Shown here: positions 1 to 8,998 of the stretch, piece by piece
Layout: each line of letters opens with the position of its first letter
Numbering within the stretch: position 1 is the first letter of the stretch
DNA from: an uncultured Desulfospira sp.
GTDB lineage: Bacteria; Desulfobacterota; Desulfobacteria; Desulfobacterales; Desulfobacteraceae
DNA length: 64,000 nt
Direction: 5' to 3'
Assembly (NCBI GenBank): GCA_963663165.1
Contig: OY760175.1
Coordinates: 6,656,001-6,720,000, forward strand
Notes under the pieces: model-generated
The model's database searches: none
What the model was told of the DNA's origin: nothing
What the model saw: the letters and a program-made list of their open reading frames with translations, nothing else
Position numbers and translations under genes: made by a program

Positions 1-208
1 GTGTCAGACTCTTCATGACGTCCTGGCCCAGGGCCCTCGTTTTAATGTCTGAAATGACTTTTTTGGCCACCTTATAATTGACATCTGCCTCAAGGAGTGC
101 CATCCTGACCTGTTTGAGGCCTTCTTCGATGTTGCTCTCGTTAAGGGTGCCGTGACCTTTTAGCTTTTTGAAGACTGAATCCAGTCTGTCGCTCAAGTTT
201 TCAAACAT
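1..208 (-). CDS. ffh: Signal recognition particle protein Ffh, 5' part (runs off window edge)
   Basis: Manual translation from ATG at 208: MFENLSDRLDSVFKKLKGHGTLNESNIEEGLKQVRMALLEADVNYKV, the typical Ffh N-domain. Confidence 0.93.
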   Translation of the reverse strand, partial: MFENLSDRLDSVFKKLKGHGTLNESNIEEGLKQVRMALLEADVNYKVAKKVISDIKTRALGQDVMKSLT

Positions 209-302
209 AAAAATAGCCGATTTAGGGTGTCAAATCAAATCATTGAAATTAAAATATAATCCGTGATATGTCAAGAAAATAATAATTTTTTACGGGAAAA
301 TC

Positions 303-1343
303 ATGAAAGAGAACATCCTCAACTACACCCGTCCCCAACTGGTTGAATGGCTTGACAGCAAAGGCGTTCGATCCTTCAGGGCCGGTCAGATTTTTAAGTG
401 GATCTACCTTCGGCAGGCCAACGAATTCGAACAGATGACTGACCTTGGCAAACCGATGCGCGCTGTCCTTGATGAACATTTTTATCTCAACCGGCTGGTG
501 CTGGAGAAAAAACAGGTGTCTTCGGATACAACGGAAAAATATCTGTTCCGACTTGAAGACGGGCTTTATGTGGAATCGGTACTGATCCCTGAAAAAGACC
601 ACTTTACCCTGTGCGTTTCCTCCCAGGTGGGCTGCGCCATGGACTGCCGGTTCTGCCTGACGGCAAAAGGCGGATTTATCCGGAATCTGAAGGTGTCCGA
701 GATTGTTTCCCAGGTCCGGGATGCCCGGTATTTTCTGATCCAAAAGGGGGTGGATCCGTTAAAACTGTCCAATATCGTGTTTATGGGCATGGGAGAGCCC
801 CTTGCCAATTATGACCATGTGATCCGGTCCCTTGGCATTCTCACAGACACGGATTTTGGCATGAAGTTTTCTCCAAGACGGGTGACGGTGTCCACCTCCG
901 GGCTGGTTCCCCGGATTCTGGACCTTGGCAATGAGACCGACGTGAACCTTGCCGTCTCCTTAAACGGGGTCAGCGACCAGGTTCGGGAAAAACTCATGCC
1001 CATCAACAAAGCCTATCCGTTAAAGGTGCTTCTGAATGCCTGCAAAGATTTTAAAATGAAGCCCAGAAACAAGATCACCTTTGAGTATATCCTGATTGCC
1101 GGGGAGAATGATTCGGACCAGGATGCCCGGGCCCTTGTCAAACTGCTTTCCCCCATCAAGGCCAAGGTGAACCTGATCCCCTTTAACGAACACCATGGGT
1201 GCGATTTTAAACGGCCTTCCCCGAACCGGATAAAGGATTTTCTTCAGATTCTGCTGGACAGCGGCATGACCGCCATAGTCCGGAAAAGCAAGGGGGATGA
1301 TATACTGGCGGCCTGCGGGCAACTCAAGGCAAAGCTGGTTTAA
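303..1343 (+). CDS. rlmN: 23S rRNA m2A2503/tRNA radical-SAM methyltransferase RlmN
   Basis: CVSSQVGCAMDCRFC (CxxxCxxC), VFMGMGEP, ITFEYILI and C-terminal AACGQL motifs. Confidence 0.95.
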   Translation: MKENILNYTRPQLVEWLDSKGVRSFRAGQIFKWIYLRQANEFEQMTDLGKPMRAVLDEHFYLNRLVLEKKQVSSDTTEKYLFRLEDGLYVESVLIPEKDHFTLCVSSQVGCAMDCRFCLTAKGGFIRNLKVSEIVSQVRDARYFLIQKGVDPLKLSNIVFMGMGEPLANYDHVIRSLGILTDTDFGMKFSPRRVTVSTSGLVPRILDLGNETDVNLAVSLNGVSDQVREKLMPINKAYPLKVLLNACKDFKMKPRNKITFEYILIAGENDSDQDARALVKLLSPIKAKVNLIPFNEHHGCDFKRPSPNRIKDFLQILLDSGMTAIVRKSKGDDILAACGQLKAKLV

Positions 1344-1461
1344 CTCAAAACCTGATCCACCTGCTGCGTTGCTGCAAAAATTTGCAATCCTCACATATTT
1401 CAATATGCTCCGGTTGCAAATTTTTTTGCGCCTTGCATCTGGACCAGGTTTTGAGTCAAAC
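1338..1461 (+). mobile_element. MITE-like element, family C (124 bp)
   Basis: Terminal inverted repeats gtttaactcaaaacctgatcca / tggaccaggttttgagtcaaac (20/22) and an internal hairpin gcaaaaatttgcaa...ttgcaaatttttttgc. Relatives at 1581-1640 and 46588-47000. Confidence 0.65.
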
Positions 1462-1580
1462 TGAAAGCCAGAACCTGGCACCTGAAGGGGGGAAAGTGAG
1501 AAAGCGGGCAGGTGAGAGGGTGAGAAAACACAGATTCCTTCAACCTATCTCTTTAAGTTGGCGTCTGGTCGAAGACCATT

Positions 1581-1640
1581 GGTTGGACGAAAAGTTGTCC
1601 ATATGCAAGGCGCAGCAGATGGGTGACTTTTCGTTAAACC
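1581..1640 (-). mobile_element. Internally deleted family C MITE-like element
   Basis: Reverse complement ggtttaacgaaaagtcacccatctgc-tgcgccttgcatatggacaacttttcgtccaacc keeps both ends and the tgcgccttgca motif but lacks the central hairpin. Confidence 0.55.
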
Positions 1641-1641
1641 A

Positions 1642-2913
1642 CTATTGAAAAAGTCTTCGGGACGGGACAGCCCAGATATTCAAACCGGCATCCAAAAGGG
1701 TGATTTGTTTTCCCGTGTAAACAACGAGCCCCCCCTTCCACTGATCACCAAGCTCACCGGCCAGCCGGGTCATGACCTGAAAATCTTTTTTTGCAACGGT
1801 TTCACGCGATTTTATCTCCATACCGACAACACCTGCCTGGGTGATAAGCATTAGATCCAGTTCCATACCGGACTGGGTCCTGTAAAAGTACATATCGGTT
1901 TGTGTCTGGGATGTTTTGACCCATTTGTAGACTTCACCAACTACCATGGTTTCGTATAATTCACCGTTCAGTCCTTCTTTAAATCCGGACAATTGCCGAA
2001 GTATTCCCATATCGGTCCAGTACAATTTGGGCGATTTGATGACCCGGCTGGTCAGGTTGCGGTAGAACGGCTGTAATGTCATGGACTGATATGAAATCTT
2101 CAGGTATTCAAGATACCGTCTGGCCGTATCGACACTGATCCCTGTGTCCCGGGCCAGTTCCGAATAGTTCAGCAGTTTTCCCGACCTCAACGCGGCCAGT
2201 TTCTGAAATTTTTGAAAGGGTCGCAAATCATCCAGCTTGGCCAGGTCGCCCAAGTCCCGCTCCAGATACAGATAGCAGTAATCTTTGAGCCATTTCCATC
2301 GCTCCTGTTCCGATAACGGTAATAACCCCGGCATGCCGCCCCATTTTAGAAGGTGGTTTTCCGTTTCAATGGAATCCATTTCCTGATCCCCGAACAAAAC
2401 CGGCGGTGTCTGTGTCAATACGTCGGACAAATCGGGTTGGACAATAATTTTATGGAGCAGCGGGGGGGATGGGGCCTGTTTCGTACTATCCGGGTGCAGT
2501 TCGGATTGCAGCAATGGCCAAAGCTCAAACAGGAAGGCCCTTCCGGCCAGTGTCTCCCGGATATTTTTCAGCAGCAGGATCTGACTTGAGCCCGTTAATA
2601 CGGAAAATGAAATGTCTCCGGCATCATAGGCAAATTTTATTTTTTCAAAAACAGACGGTTCTTTTTGTGCTTCATCAATAACAGCAGATCCGATCACCCG
2701 GTGCCAGGCCAGGGCGGAGGTGCTGCCCGCAATCTCTCTGTATTCAGCCGCGTCCAGGTTTAAATAGGTCAAATCAGCATAACGGGACTTTACCAGGGTT
2801 GTTTTTCCCGTCTGCCTGGCCCCTGTAAGAATGACAATCCGTTTTTGATCTGCCAAAGGCAAATGATTTGTGACATGTCGGTTTATCTGTAATTCTGACG
2901 TCATAATCGTCAT
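1642..2913 (-). CDS. AAA+ ATPase with DUF4143-type C-terminal domain
   Basis: Walker A GARQTGKT, Walker B IDEAQ, LTGSS, KSPKLYWTDMG and a C-terminal ELDL...EIKS PD-(D/E)xK-like motif. Confidence 0.85.
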   Translation of the reverse strand: MTIMTSELQINRHVTNHLPLADQKRIVILTGARQTGKTTLVKSRYADLTYLNLDAAEYREIAGSTSALAWHRVIGSAVIDEAQKEPSVFEKIKFAYDAGDISFSVLTGSSQILLLKNIRETLAGRAFLFELWPLLQSELHPDSTKQAPSPPLLHKIIVQPDLSDVLTQTPPVLFGDQEMDSIETENHLLKWGGMPGLLPLSEQERWKWLKDYCYLYLERDLGDLAKLDDLRPFQKFQKLAALRSGKLLNYSELARDTGISVDTARRYLEYLKISYQSMTLQPFYRNLTSRVIKSPKLYWTDMGILRQLSGFKEGLNGELYETMVVGEVYKWVKTSQTQTDMYFYRTQSGMELDLMLITQAGVVGMEIKSRETVAKKDFQVMTRLAGELGDQWKGGLVVYTGKQITLLDAGLNIWAVPSRRLFQ

Positions 2914-3137
2914 TTTACCTTTAAAATTTACGACGTCAAGCGAAAATTTAAAGGCTTTTTAATTTTTTAAGATATTCTGGCGGTATTTCAAGCTTGGATT
3001 GGCATCCAGGCGAGTTCGGGACCAGATTGTAACCTATCCCGCCTGGAAGGGGAGGGGGGAAAGTGAGAAAGTGGGAAAATGGGCAGGTGAAAGGGTACAG
3101 ATTCCTTCAGCCTAACCCCCTTCAGCCTAAACCCCTG

Positions 3138-4163
3138 CTAAATCATTAAGTCCCTGAATTCTGCGGATGGCCGGGTCAAGACGGGGATGATCCGTTCGGT
3201 TTCATTGAACATCAGACGGATTTTGGATTCCGTGCCGGTTTCGGCCTTGCTGTAGGCGGCCACAATGGATGCCGCCGTTTCAATCTGCCGCTGGTTGAAT
3301 TCTCCGGTCAGGACCGCTTCAGGGCCGGGGAGGAAAGCGTGCCTGAACCGCAGATCCGTTTGAGGGTCTAACAGGGCCAGGATCTTTTTATTGTCGGCAT
3401 TGGATTTTCCCACCACCAGCTTGGCCTTTTCCGGTTCTTCAGGGGTATTGAGCCTGAAGTGGCGGCCATGTTTGAGCAGCCTTATCAGCCGCGGGTCACA
3501 GGAACCCTGGACATCCATAAGGTCTTTGAGCTTTCTGGAAAAGCCCACATCCGTGAGCAGGCAGCCGCCCGCCGGGGACGGATATTCAAGGATGCCGAAA
3601 TTTTCAGCCATCTGCATCTGGATTTTTCTGGACCGGCCAGTGATGTTCAGCAGCTGATCCCTGTTTACCAGGCCCTCTTTTTCCATAAGGGTTTCGGGCA
3701 GGCACCGGGCGCTCAAGGGCCTTAAAATATACCCATCCATTCCGGAATTTTTTTCCACATACCGAAGGGAATTTTTGGTCTGGGACTTGGGGCGCTGGCC
3801 CACCACTTCGCCGCTGAACAGAAAATCAAAGCCCAGTTCTTTCATCAAGAGGCCTGCTTTGTTGAACATCAGGGCATGGCAGTCCATGCAGGGGTTCATG
3901 TTTTTGCCGTATCCGGCCCTGGGGTTCTTGAGCATTTCCATGTAATCTTCGGTGATGTCCCGGATGATCAAGGGTATCCCGGTCTGCTTCGAGGCGTTTG
4001 CTGCGGATTTGGCAGAGAAAAACGGGGTTTCAAACCCAACCCAGGTAACGTCAATCCCCTGTTCTTTTAGAACCAGGGCAGAGAGCATGCTGTCCAGTCC
4101 CCCGGAACAAAGTCCTAAGGCTTTGACCGGTCCTGCCGGCCTTGTGCTTTGATTTTCGGTCAT
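3138..4163 (-). CDS. ThiI-like PP-loop tRNA thiolation protein (DUF814-associated family)
   Basis: PP-loop SGGLDS, NPCMDCH, GEVVGQRPKSQ, PSPAGGCLLTD and GRHFRL motifs. Confidence 0.8.
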   Translation of the reverse strand: MTENQSTRPAGPVKALGLCSGGLDSMLSALVLKEQGIDVTWVGFETPFFSAKSAANASKQTGIPLIIRDITEDYMEMLKNPRAGYGKNMNPCMDCHALMFNKAGLLMKELGFDFLFSGEVVGQRPKSQTKNSLRYVEKNSGMDGYILRPLSARCLPETLMEKEGLVNRDQLLNITGRSRKIQMQMAENFGILEYPSPAGGCLLTDVGFSRKLKDLMDVQGSCDPRLIRLLKHGRHFRLNTPEEPEKAKLVVGKSNADNKKILALLDPQTDLRFRHAFLPGPEAVLTGEFNQRQIETAASIVAAYSKAETGTESKIRLMFNETERIIPVLTRPSAEFRDLMI

Positions 4164-4173
4164 GTATATTGTG

Positions 4174-4239
4174 AGCTTTTAGCGGTTAGCCTTTAGCCAT
4201 TAGGTTTTGGCTGTCGGCTGACAGCTGATGGCTAAAAGA
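4174..4239. repeat. Inverted array of degenerate heptamers (AGCnnTT / GGCTnAn)
   Basis: agctttt agcggtt agccttt agccatt...ggctgac agctgat ggctaaa. Similar array at 52804-52897. Confidence 0.7.
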
Positions 4240-4247
4240 TTAAATCT

Positions 4248-4901
4248 ATGAAATCTTCCCATGTTAAAATTTTGTTAGACACACTAAGTGAGCGGTATCC
4301 GGTTGTCAAGACCCAGCTGGATCATAAAAGCGCCTTTGAGCTTCTCATTGCCACCATTCTTTCCGCCCAGTGTACCGATGCCCAGGTCAACCGGGTGACG
4401 GTAAAATTGTTTGAGCAATATCCCGACCCCAGGGCCCTTTCCAAAGCCCCTTTGGAAAAGATCAAAAAATTGATCTTTTCCACCGGGTTTTACAATAATA
4501 AAGCCAAGAATATCAAGGCCTGTGCGGCAGCGCTTGTAGAAGATTATAACGGGGTGGTCCCCCGGGATATGGAATCCTTAACCCGGCTTCCGGGGGTGGG
4601 CAGAAAAACCGCTAACGTGGTCCGGTCGGTATGCTTTGGGGTTCAGACCATTGTTGTGGATACCCATGTGCTTCGAATTTCCAACCGCCTTGGGCTGGTC
4701 CGGACCAAAGACCCGGTAAAGGCTGAATTTGCGCTGATGGAGAAGATTGCTGAAAGCTCATGGAATGATCTTTCCCTTCAGTTGATTTATTTTGGCCGGG
4801 ACATCTGCAATGCCCGCAAGCCCCTGTGCCATGCGTGTCCCCTTTACGGCATCTGTCCTTCCCGGACCGGGAAAGTGAAAGACCCTTTATCTTTAAGCTG
4901 A
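4248..4901 (+). CDS. nth: Endonuclease III
   Basis: LSAQCTD, HhH LPGVGRKTA, VDTHV and C-terminal CxxxxxxCxxCxxxxxC Fe-S motif. Confidence 0.95.
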   Translation: MKSSHVKILLDTLSERYPVVKTQLDHKSAFELLIATILSAQCTDAQVNRVTVKLFEQYPDPRALSKAPLEKIKKLIFSTGFYNNKAKNIKACAAALVEDYNGVVPRDMESLTRLPGVGRKTANVVRSVCFGVQTIVVDTHVLRISNRLGLVRTKDPVKAEFALMEKIAESSWNDLSLQLIYFGRDICNARKPLCHACPLYGICPSRTGKVKDPLSLS

Positions 4902-5222
4902 ACCGCCGAACACCTCTTTGAAAATCCGGTCGTCTTCAATAATACACCGGTCCTTTAATTTCTTGTACAGCACCAGCAGGGACTTGCCTTCCGGGGTCAG
5001 GGAGGTGCCGTCGATTTTGTCCGCCAGCACCACCGGCTTTTGATAATGTTCTTCCGTGGCCTTGATCTTGTTCCATACGGTTTTATAGGCCATGTTCAAT
5101 TCCTTGGCGGTTTTGTTGATAGAACCGGTCCGGTCAATGGATTCGAGTATTCTCATTCTGCCGGTTCCCATGATGATATCCCCGTTTTCATTGACAAGGA
5201 GCTGGGTTGATCTTAATTTCAT
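4893..5222 (-). CDS. modE: ModE-family N-terminal winged-HTH regulator
   Basis: GRMRILESIDRTGSINKTAKELNMAYKTVW...GTSLTPEGK is the ModE HTH domain. No molybdate-binding (mop) domain. Confidence 0.8.
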   Translation of the reverse strand: MKLRSTQLLVNENGDIIMGTGRMRILESIDRTGSINKTAKELNMAYKTVWNKIKATEEHYQKPVVLADKIDGTSLTPEGKSLLVLYKKLKDRCIIEDDRIFKEVFGGSA

Positions 5223-5318
5223 TGGTATCCCCCTTATGCGGCACTATACCCTAGTCGGCCCAAACAGGAAACAAGAAAAAAAGGAAAAATAATTACGCAA
5301 TAGCCACCTTTTTTCTTG

Positions 5319-5344
5319 ACCTTATGTTGAATTTACCATAAGGT
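5319..5344. promoter_or_regulatory. Palindromic operator, candidate ModE-family box
   Basis: accttatg-N10-cataaggt perfect 8-bp inverted repeat overlapping a ttgacc -35-like hexamer, between divergent modE and fmdE. Confidence 0.5.
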
Positions 5345-5381
5345 GGCATTCGTTGTAAACATCAAACAGGAGCAACCCCCC

Positions 5382-5978
5382 ATGGAAGACTTTGAAACCC
5401 TGCTGGAAGGTTCTGGAAAAGCCCACGGACATCTTTGCCCGGGGCAGGTGGTCGGCGTCAGAATGGCCATGGAAGGCTGCCGCCTCATTGGCCTTGATGA
5501 GCCAAGTAAACTTCCCCAGATCAAAAAGCTGATTGTGTACATTGAAATGGACCGGTGCGCCACGGATGCCATTTCTTTTGTCACCGGCGTAAGACTGGGC
5601 CGGCGGTCTTTAAAATTTATTGACAACGGCATCATGGCCGCCACTTTTGTCAACCTGGAAACCAAAAAGGCTTTCAGGATTGTTTCCACAGAAGAATCCA
5701 GAGATCTGGCAGCCGGGTATGCCCCTGAAATAGAAGATAAAAGACAGCAGCAATTGGAAGGGTACAAGCGCATGCCCTTAGAAGAGTTGTTTACCATCCA
5801 GGAAGTCACGGTGGATGTGCCGGCCAGCGACATGCCGGGCCCCACCCGGTTCAAAGCGGTTTGCGAAGCATGCGGGCAGGTGGTCAGGGACAAGCGGGAA
5901 ATCATGAAGAACGGCAAAATTTTGTGTCGACCCTGTGCCTTGGGAAGTTATTATCAGGTTTTGGAAAAAGGAGAATAA
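5382..5978 (+). CDS. FmdE (formylmethanofuran dehydrogenase subunit E) family protein with C-terminal zinc finger
   Basis: HGHLCPGQVVG, EMDRCATDAI and CEACG...CRPC. Start set at ATG 5382 after the AGGAG RBS. Confidence 0.88.
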   Translation: MEDFETLLEGSGKAHGHLCPGQVVGVRMAMEGCRLIGLDEPSKLPQIKKLIVYIEMDRCATDAISFVTGVRLGRRSLKFIDNGIMAATFVNLETKKAFRIVSTEESRDLAAGYAPEIEDKRQQQLEGYKRMPLEELFTIQEVTVDVPASDMPGPTRFKAVCEACGQVVRDKREIMKNGKILCRPCALGSYYQVLEKGE

Positions 5979-5979
5979 G

Positions 5980-7035
5980 ATGAGCAACCTCGTTGGAAAT
6001 CAGGCTTTTAAGACCATCCCGGTAGACCAGGCCGTGGGCACCACCCTGGCCCATGACATGACCGAAATTATCCCCGGGGAATCCAAGGGGCCGGCTTTTA
6101 AAAAAGGGCACAAGATCAGTGCCGGGGATGTCTGCCGCCTCATGCGCATGGGAAAAAACAACCTGTATGTCCTGGACCTTGAAGATCACCAGGTCCATGA
6201 GGATGATGCCGTTCTCGAGCTTGCCTCAGCCCTGGCCGGCCCGGGCGTGACCTTTTCCGGCGCCCCTTCCGAAGGAAAGCTGGCCCTCAAAGCCGAATAT
6301 CCGGGTTTGCTCAAAGTGAATGTGGATGCCTTAACCGAATTTAACATGGTGGATGACGTGATGTGTGCTGCCATGCACAATAACACGGCGGTTAAGAAAG
6401 GACAGGATCTTGCCGCCACCCGGGCGGTCCCCCTGGTAATTGACCGAAAAGAGCTTGACCGGGCCGTTAAAATTTCCCGGGAATTTTATCCCGTCATCAG
6501 CGTGAGCATGTTCAACCCCCTTAAGATCCGGCTGGTCATCACCGGCAACGAGGTGTACAAAGGGCTGATCAAGGACCGGTTCCACGATATTGTTGAAAAA
6601 AAGGTGACCGCCCTTGGCGGGACGTTAGAAGAGTTCACAATCCTGCCCGACGACCGGGAACAGATCAGCCAAAAGGTCCGGGAATACCTGGAAAAAGATA
6701 CCGACCTGATTATTACCACCGGCGGCATGTCCGTTGATCCCGATGATGTGACCCGGGCCGGAATTCAGGATGCCGGGTTTGATACCCTTCATTACTCTGC
6801 GGCGGTTCTGCCCGGTGCCATGTTCCTGTTAGGTTATGCCGGGAAAAAGGCCATCATGGGCCTGCCGGCCTGCGGCCTTTACCACAGGACCACCATATTT
6901 GACCTGGTGCTGCCCCGGGTTATGGCCGGCGAAACCCCGGGCAAACGGGACCTTGCCGCCCTGTGCCACGGCGGTCTTTGCCTGAACTGCCCCACCTGCC
7001 GGTTTCCGGCCTGTTCATTCGGCAAGGCCGGATGA
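5980..7035 (+). CDS. Molybdopterin-binding MoeA-like protein
   Basis: LAHDMTEI, ITGNEVYKG, TGGMSVDPDDVT, PGAMFLLGY and a C-terminal CLNCPTCRFPACSFGK cluster. Confidence 0.85.
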   Translation: MSNLVGNQAFKTIPVDQAVGTTLAHDMTEIIPGESKGPAFKKGHKISAGDVCRLMRMGKNNLYVLDLEDHQVHEDDAVLELASALAGPGVTFSGAPSEGKLALKAEYPGLLKVNVDALTEFNMVDDVMCAAMHNNTAVKKGQDLAATRAVPLVIDRKELDRAVKISREFYPVISVSMFNPLKIRLVITGNEVYKGLIKDRFHDIVEKKVTALGGTLEEFTILPDDREQISQKVREYLEKDTDLIITTGGMSVDPDDVTRAGIQDAGFDTLHYSAAVLPGAMFLLGYAGKKAIMGLPACGLYHRTTIFDLVLPRVMAGETPGKRDLAALCHGGLCLNCPTCRFPACSFGKAG

Positions 7036-7556
7036 TGATGAAGGTTGTCCAGATCATCGGCCAGCAGAACGCCGGCAAAACCACCCTCATGAAGGAGGTG
7101 ATTGAAGCCCTGGTTCAAAAGGGGCTTTCCGTGGGCTCCATCAAACACACCTCCCATCAATATGAACTGGACAAACCGGGCAAAGATTCCTTTATCCACC
7201 GGCAGGCCGGCGCCAGTCCGGCGGCCATGGTTTCCGGCTGCCTTGCCGCCATTTACTTTCCCCTGCCCGAGGCCGGGGAAGGGCTCACCCCGGAAACCCT
7301 CCTGGAAAATCCCTTTTATCAAAACCTGGATATCGTGCTGATTGAGGGCTGGATTGCCGCCCCGTTTCCCAAAATCGAGGTCTTTCGTGAAGATATTGGC
7401 CGGGACCCGCTGTTCTTCAGGGTCCCGGGGGTAACGGCACTGGTCACCGACGATCCCCTTTCCCCTGCCGTGGAAGCCGAAGCCGGCCGCCAGGGCATCA
7501 ACCCATTCCCAAGAAAAAATCTTTCGCCTCTGGTGGCGTATTTGGCCGCTTTATAA
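7032..7556 (+). CDS. mobB: Molybdopterin-guanine dinucleotide biosynthesis protein B
   Basis: GQQNAGKTT, SIKHTSH, DKPGKDS and DIVLIEG. ATGA overlap with the upstream stop. Confidence 0.88.
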   Translation: MMMKVVQIIGQQNAGKTTLMKEVIEALVQKGLSVGSIKHTSHQYELDKPGKDSFIHRQAGASPAAMVSGCLAAIYFPLPEAGEGLTPETLLENPFYQNLDIVLIEGWIAAPFPKIEVFREDIGRDPLFFRVPGVTALVTDDPLSPAVEAEAGRQGINPFPRKNLSPLVAYLAAL

Positions 7557-7616
7557 AATTTGCGGTCCTTAGTATTGCAGTCCCAATAAATAAGTTATAC
7601 ATTAGTATTCCAATAC

Positions 7617-7705
7617 TAACGGTCACGGGTCGTCTTGGTTATCCAAGCAAGCACCGCCCAAAACAAATATTGAAAGAACTCAAAAGGTTGCTGAGTCTTT
7701 CATAT
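7617..7705 (-). repeat. Two-hairpin modular repeat (family A), single copy
   Basis: Reverse complement atatgaaagactcagcaaccttttgagttctttcaatatttgtt...cttggataaccaagacgacccgtgaccgtta. Its 5' module is identical to that of the unit at 26211. Confidence 0.85.
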
Positions 7706-7733
7706 CTAACATGAAAGATACTGGGAAAAGTCC

Positions 7734-8963
7734 ATGATTGAACAATTGTTCAGCCTTCATCGCAGTCTCATCAGCATTTTTAACCGTCCTTTTAAAAGGT
7801 ATTTCTTAAAAAAACATGATTTTTCAAACCGGTTTTCCATTATCACAGGGCAGCGGGGCGTCGGTAAAACAACGGCCATCATTCAGTATATTCATTCTTT
7901 TTTAGGCGGCGACAACTCAAGTACAAAAGCATTATATGTGCCGGTGGACCATGTTTCAGTGGCCGGGCTGTCCCTTTATGACATGGCGCAAGAGTTTGTA
8001 AACAATGCCGGTGAACTGTTGTGCCTGGATGAAATCCATAAATACCGCAACTGGTCCAGGGAATTGAAAAGTATTTATGACTCATTTCCCGGTCTTAAGC
8101 TGATTGTATCCGGAAGTTCTGCCATGGAAATCCATAAAGGCAGCCATGATTTGAGCCGGAGAGCCGTGATCCTCAAAATGACCGGCTTGTCCTTAAGGGA
8201 GTACATCGGCCTGAAACATGGGATTGATCTGCCGGACCACGGGTTTGACACCCTCCTTGAACATCATGAAAAACAATCCATGAACATTACGGATACACTT
8301 GCTGAAAGCGGACTCAAAATTCTTCCTGTTTTCAAGGCCTACCTTAAATCAGGGTATTTCCCTTATTTTCTGGAACATCCCGACCGGCGAACCTACTGGA
8401 AGACGCTTGAGCAGGGGCTTCACACCACAATTGAAAGCGATCTTTTATCCATTTACCCCAGTTTAACCGGTGCCAGTATTAAAAAATTAACCTTATTGTT
8501 GTCGGCCATTGCCGGGTCTGCACCGTTTACGCCTGATATGAAACGATTAAAAAATATCATTGAAGTCGGCGATGAAAGAACGTTGAAAACCTATTTGAAA
8601 TACCTTGAAGACGGCAGGGTCATTACATGTTTTCCCAAAAAAGGGAAAAGTATCAGGGGACTGGAAAAGCCGGAAAAGATATACTTAAACAATCCCAACC
8701 AGGCATTCGCCATTAGCAGCAATGCCGAACCCGGCAGTTTAAGGGAGTTGCTTTTTGCCTGTATGCTAAAAGAATCCCATGCCCTGGCCATTCCCCCTAA
8801 AGGCGATTTCATAGTTGACAATCAATATACGTTTGAAATCGGGGGGAAGGGGAAAACCTTTCAGCAGATTAAAGATCTGCCGGATTCCTACCTTGCCCTA
8901 GATGACATTGAGCATGGCTTTAAAGCGAAAATTCCCCTTTGGATGTTCGGGTTTTTATATTAA
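7734..8963 (+). CDS. AAA+ ATPase (AAA_14/DUF4143-like family)
   Basis: GQRGVGKTT, LDEIHKY, SGSSA, KPEKIYLNN and FEIGGKGK motifs. Confidence 0.85.
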   Translation: MIEQLFSLHRSLISIFNRPFKRYFLKKHDFSNRFSIITGQRGVGKTTAIIQYIHSFLGGDNSSTKALYVPVDHVSVAGLSLYDMAQEFVNNAGELLCLDEIHKYRNWSRELKSIYDSFPGLKLIVSGSSAMEIHKGSHDLSRRAVILKMTGLSLREYIGLKHGIDLPDHGFDTLLEHHEKQSMNITDTLAESGLKILPVFKAYLKSGYFPYFLEHPDRRTYWKTLEQGLHTTIESDLLSIYPSLTGASIKKLTLLLSAIAGSAPFTPDMKRLKNIIEVGDERTLKTYLKYLEDGRVITCFPKKGKSIRGLEKPEKIYLNNPNQAFAISSNAEPGSLRELLFACMLKESHALAIPPKGDFIVDNQYTFEIGGKGKTFQQIKDLPDSYLALDDIEHGFKAKIPLWMFGFLY

Positions 8964-8998
8964 CCCGGGTCTGTTATGAGGTCATTTCGGTATGGTTG

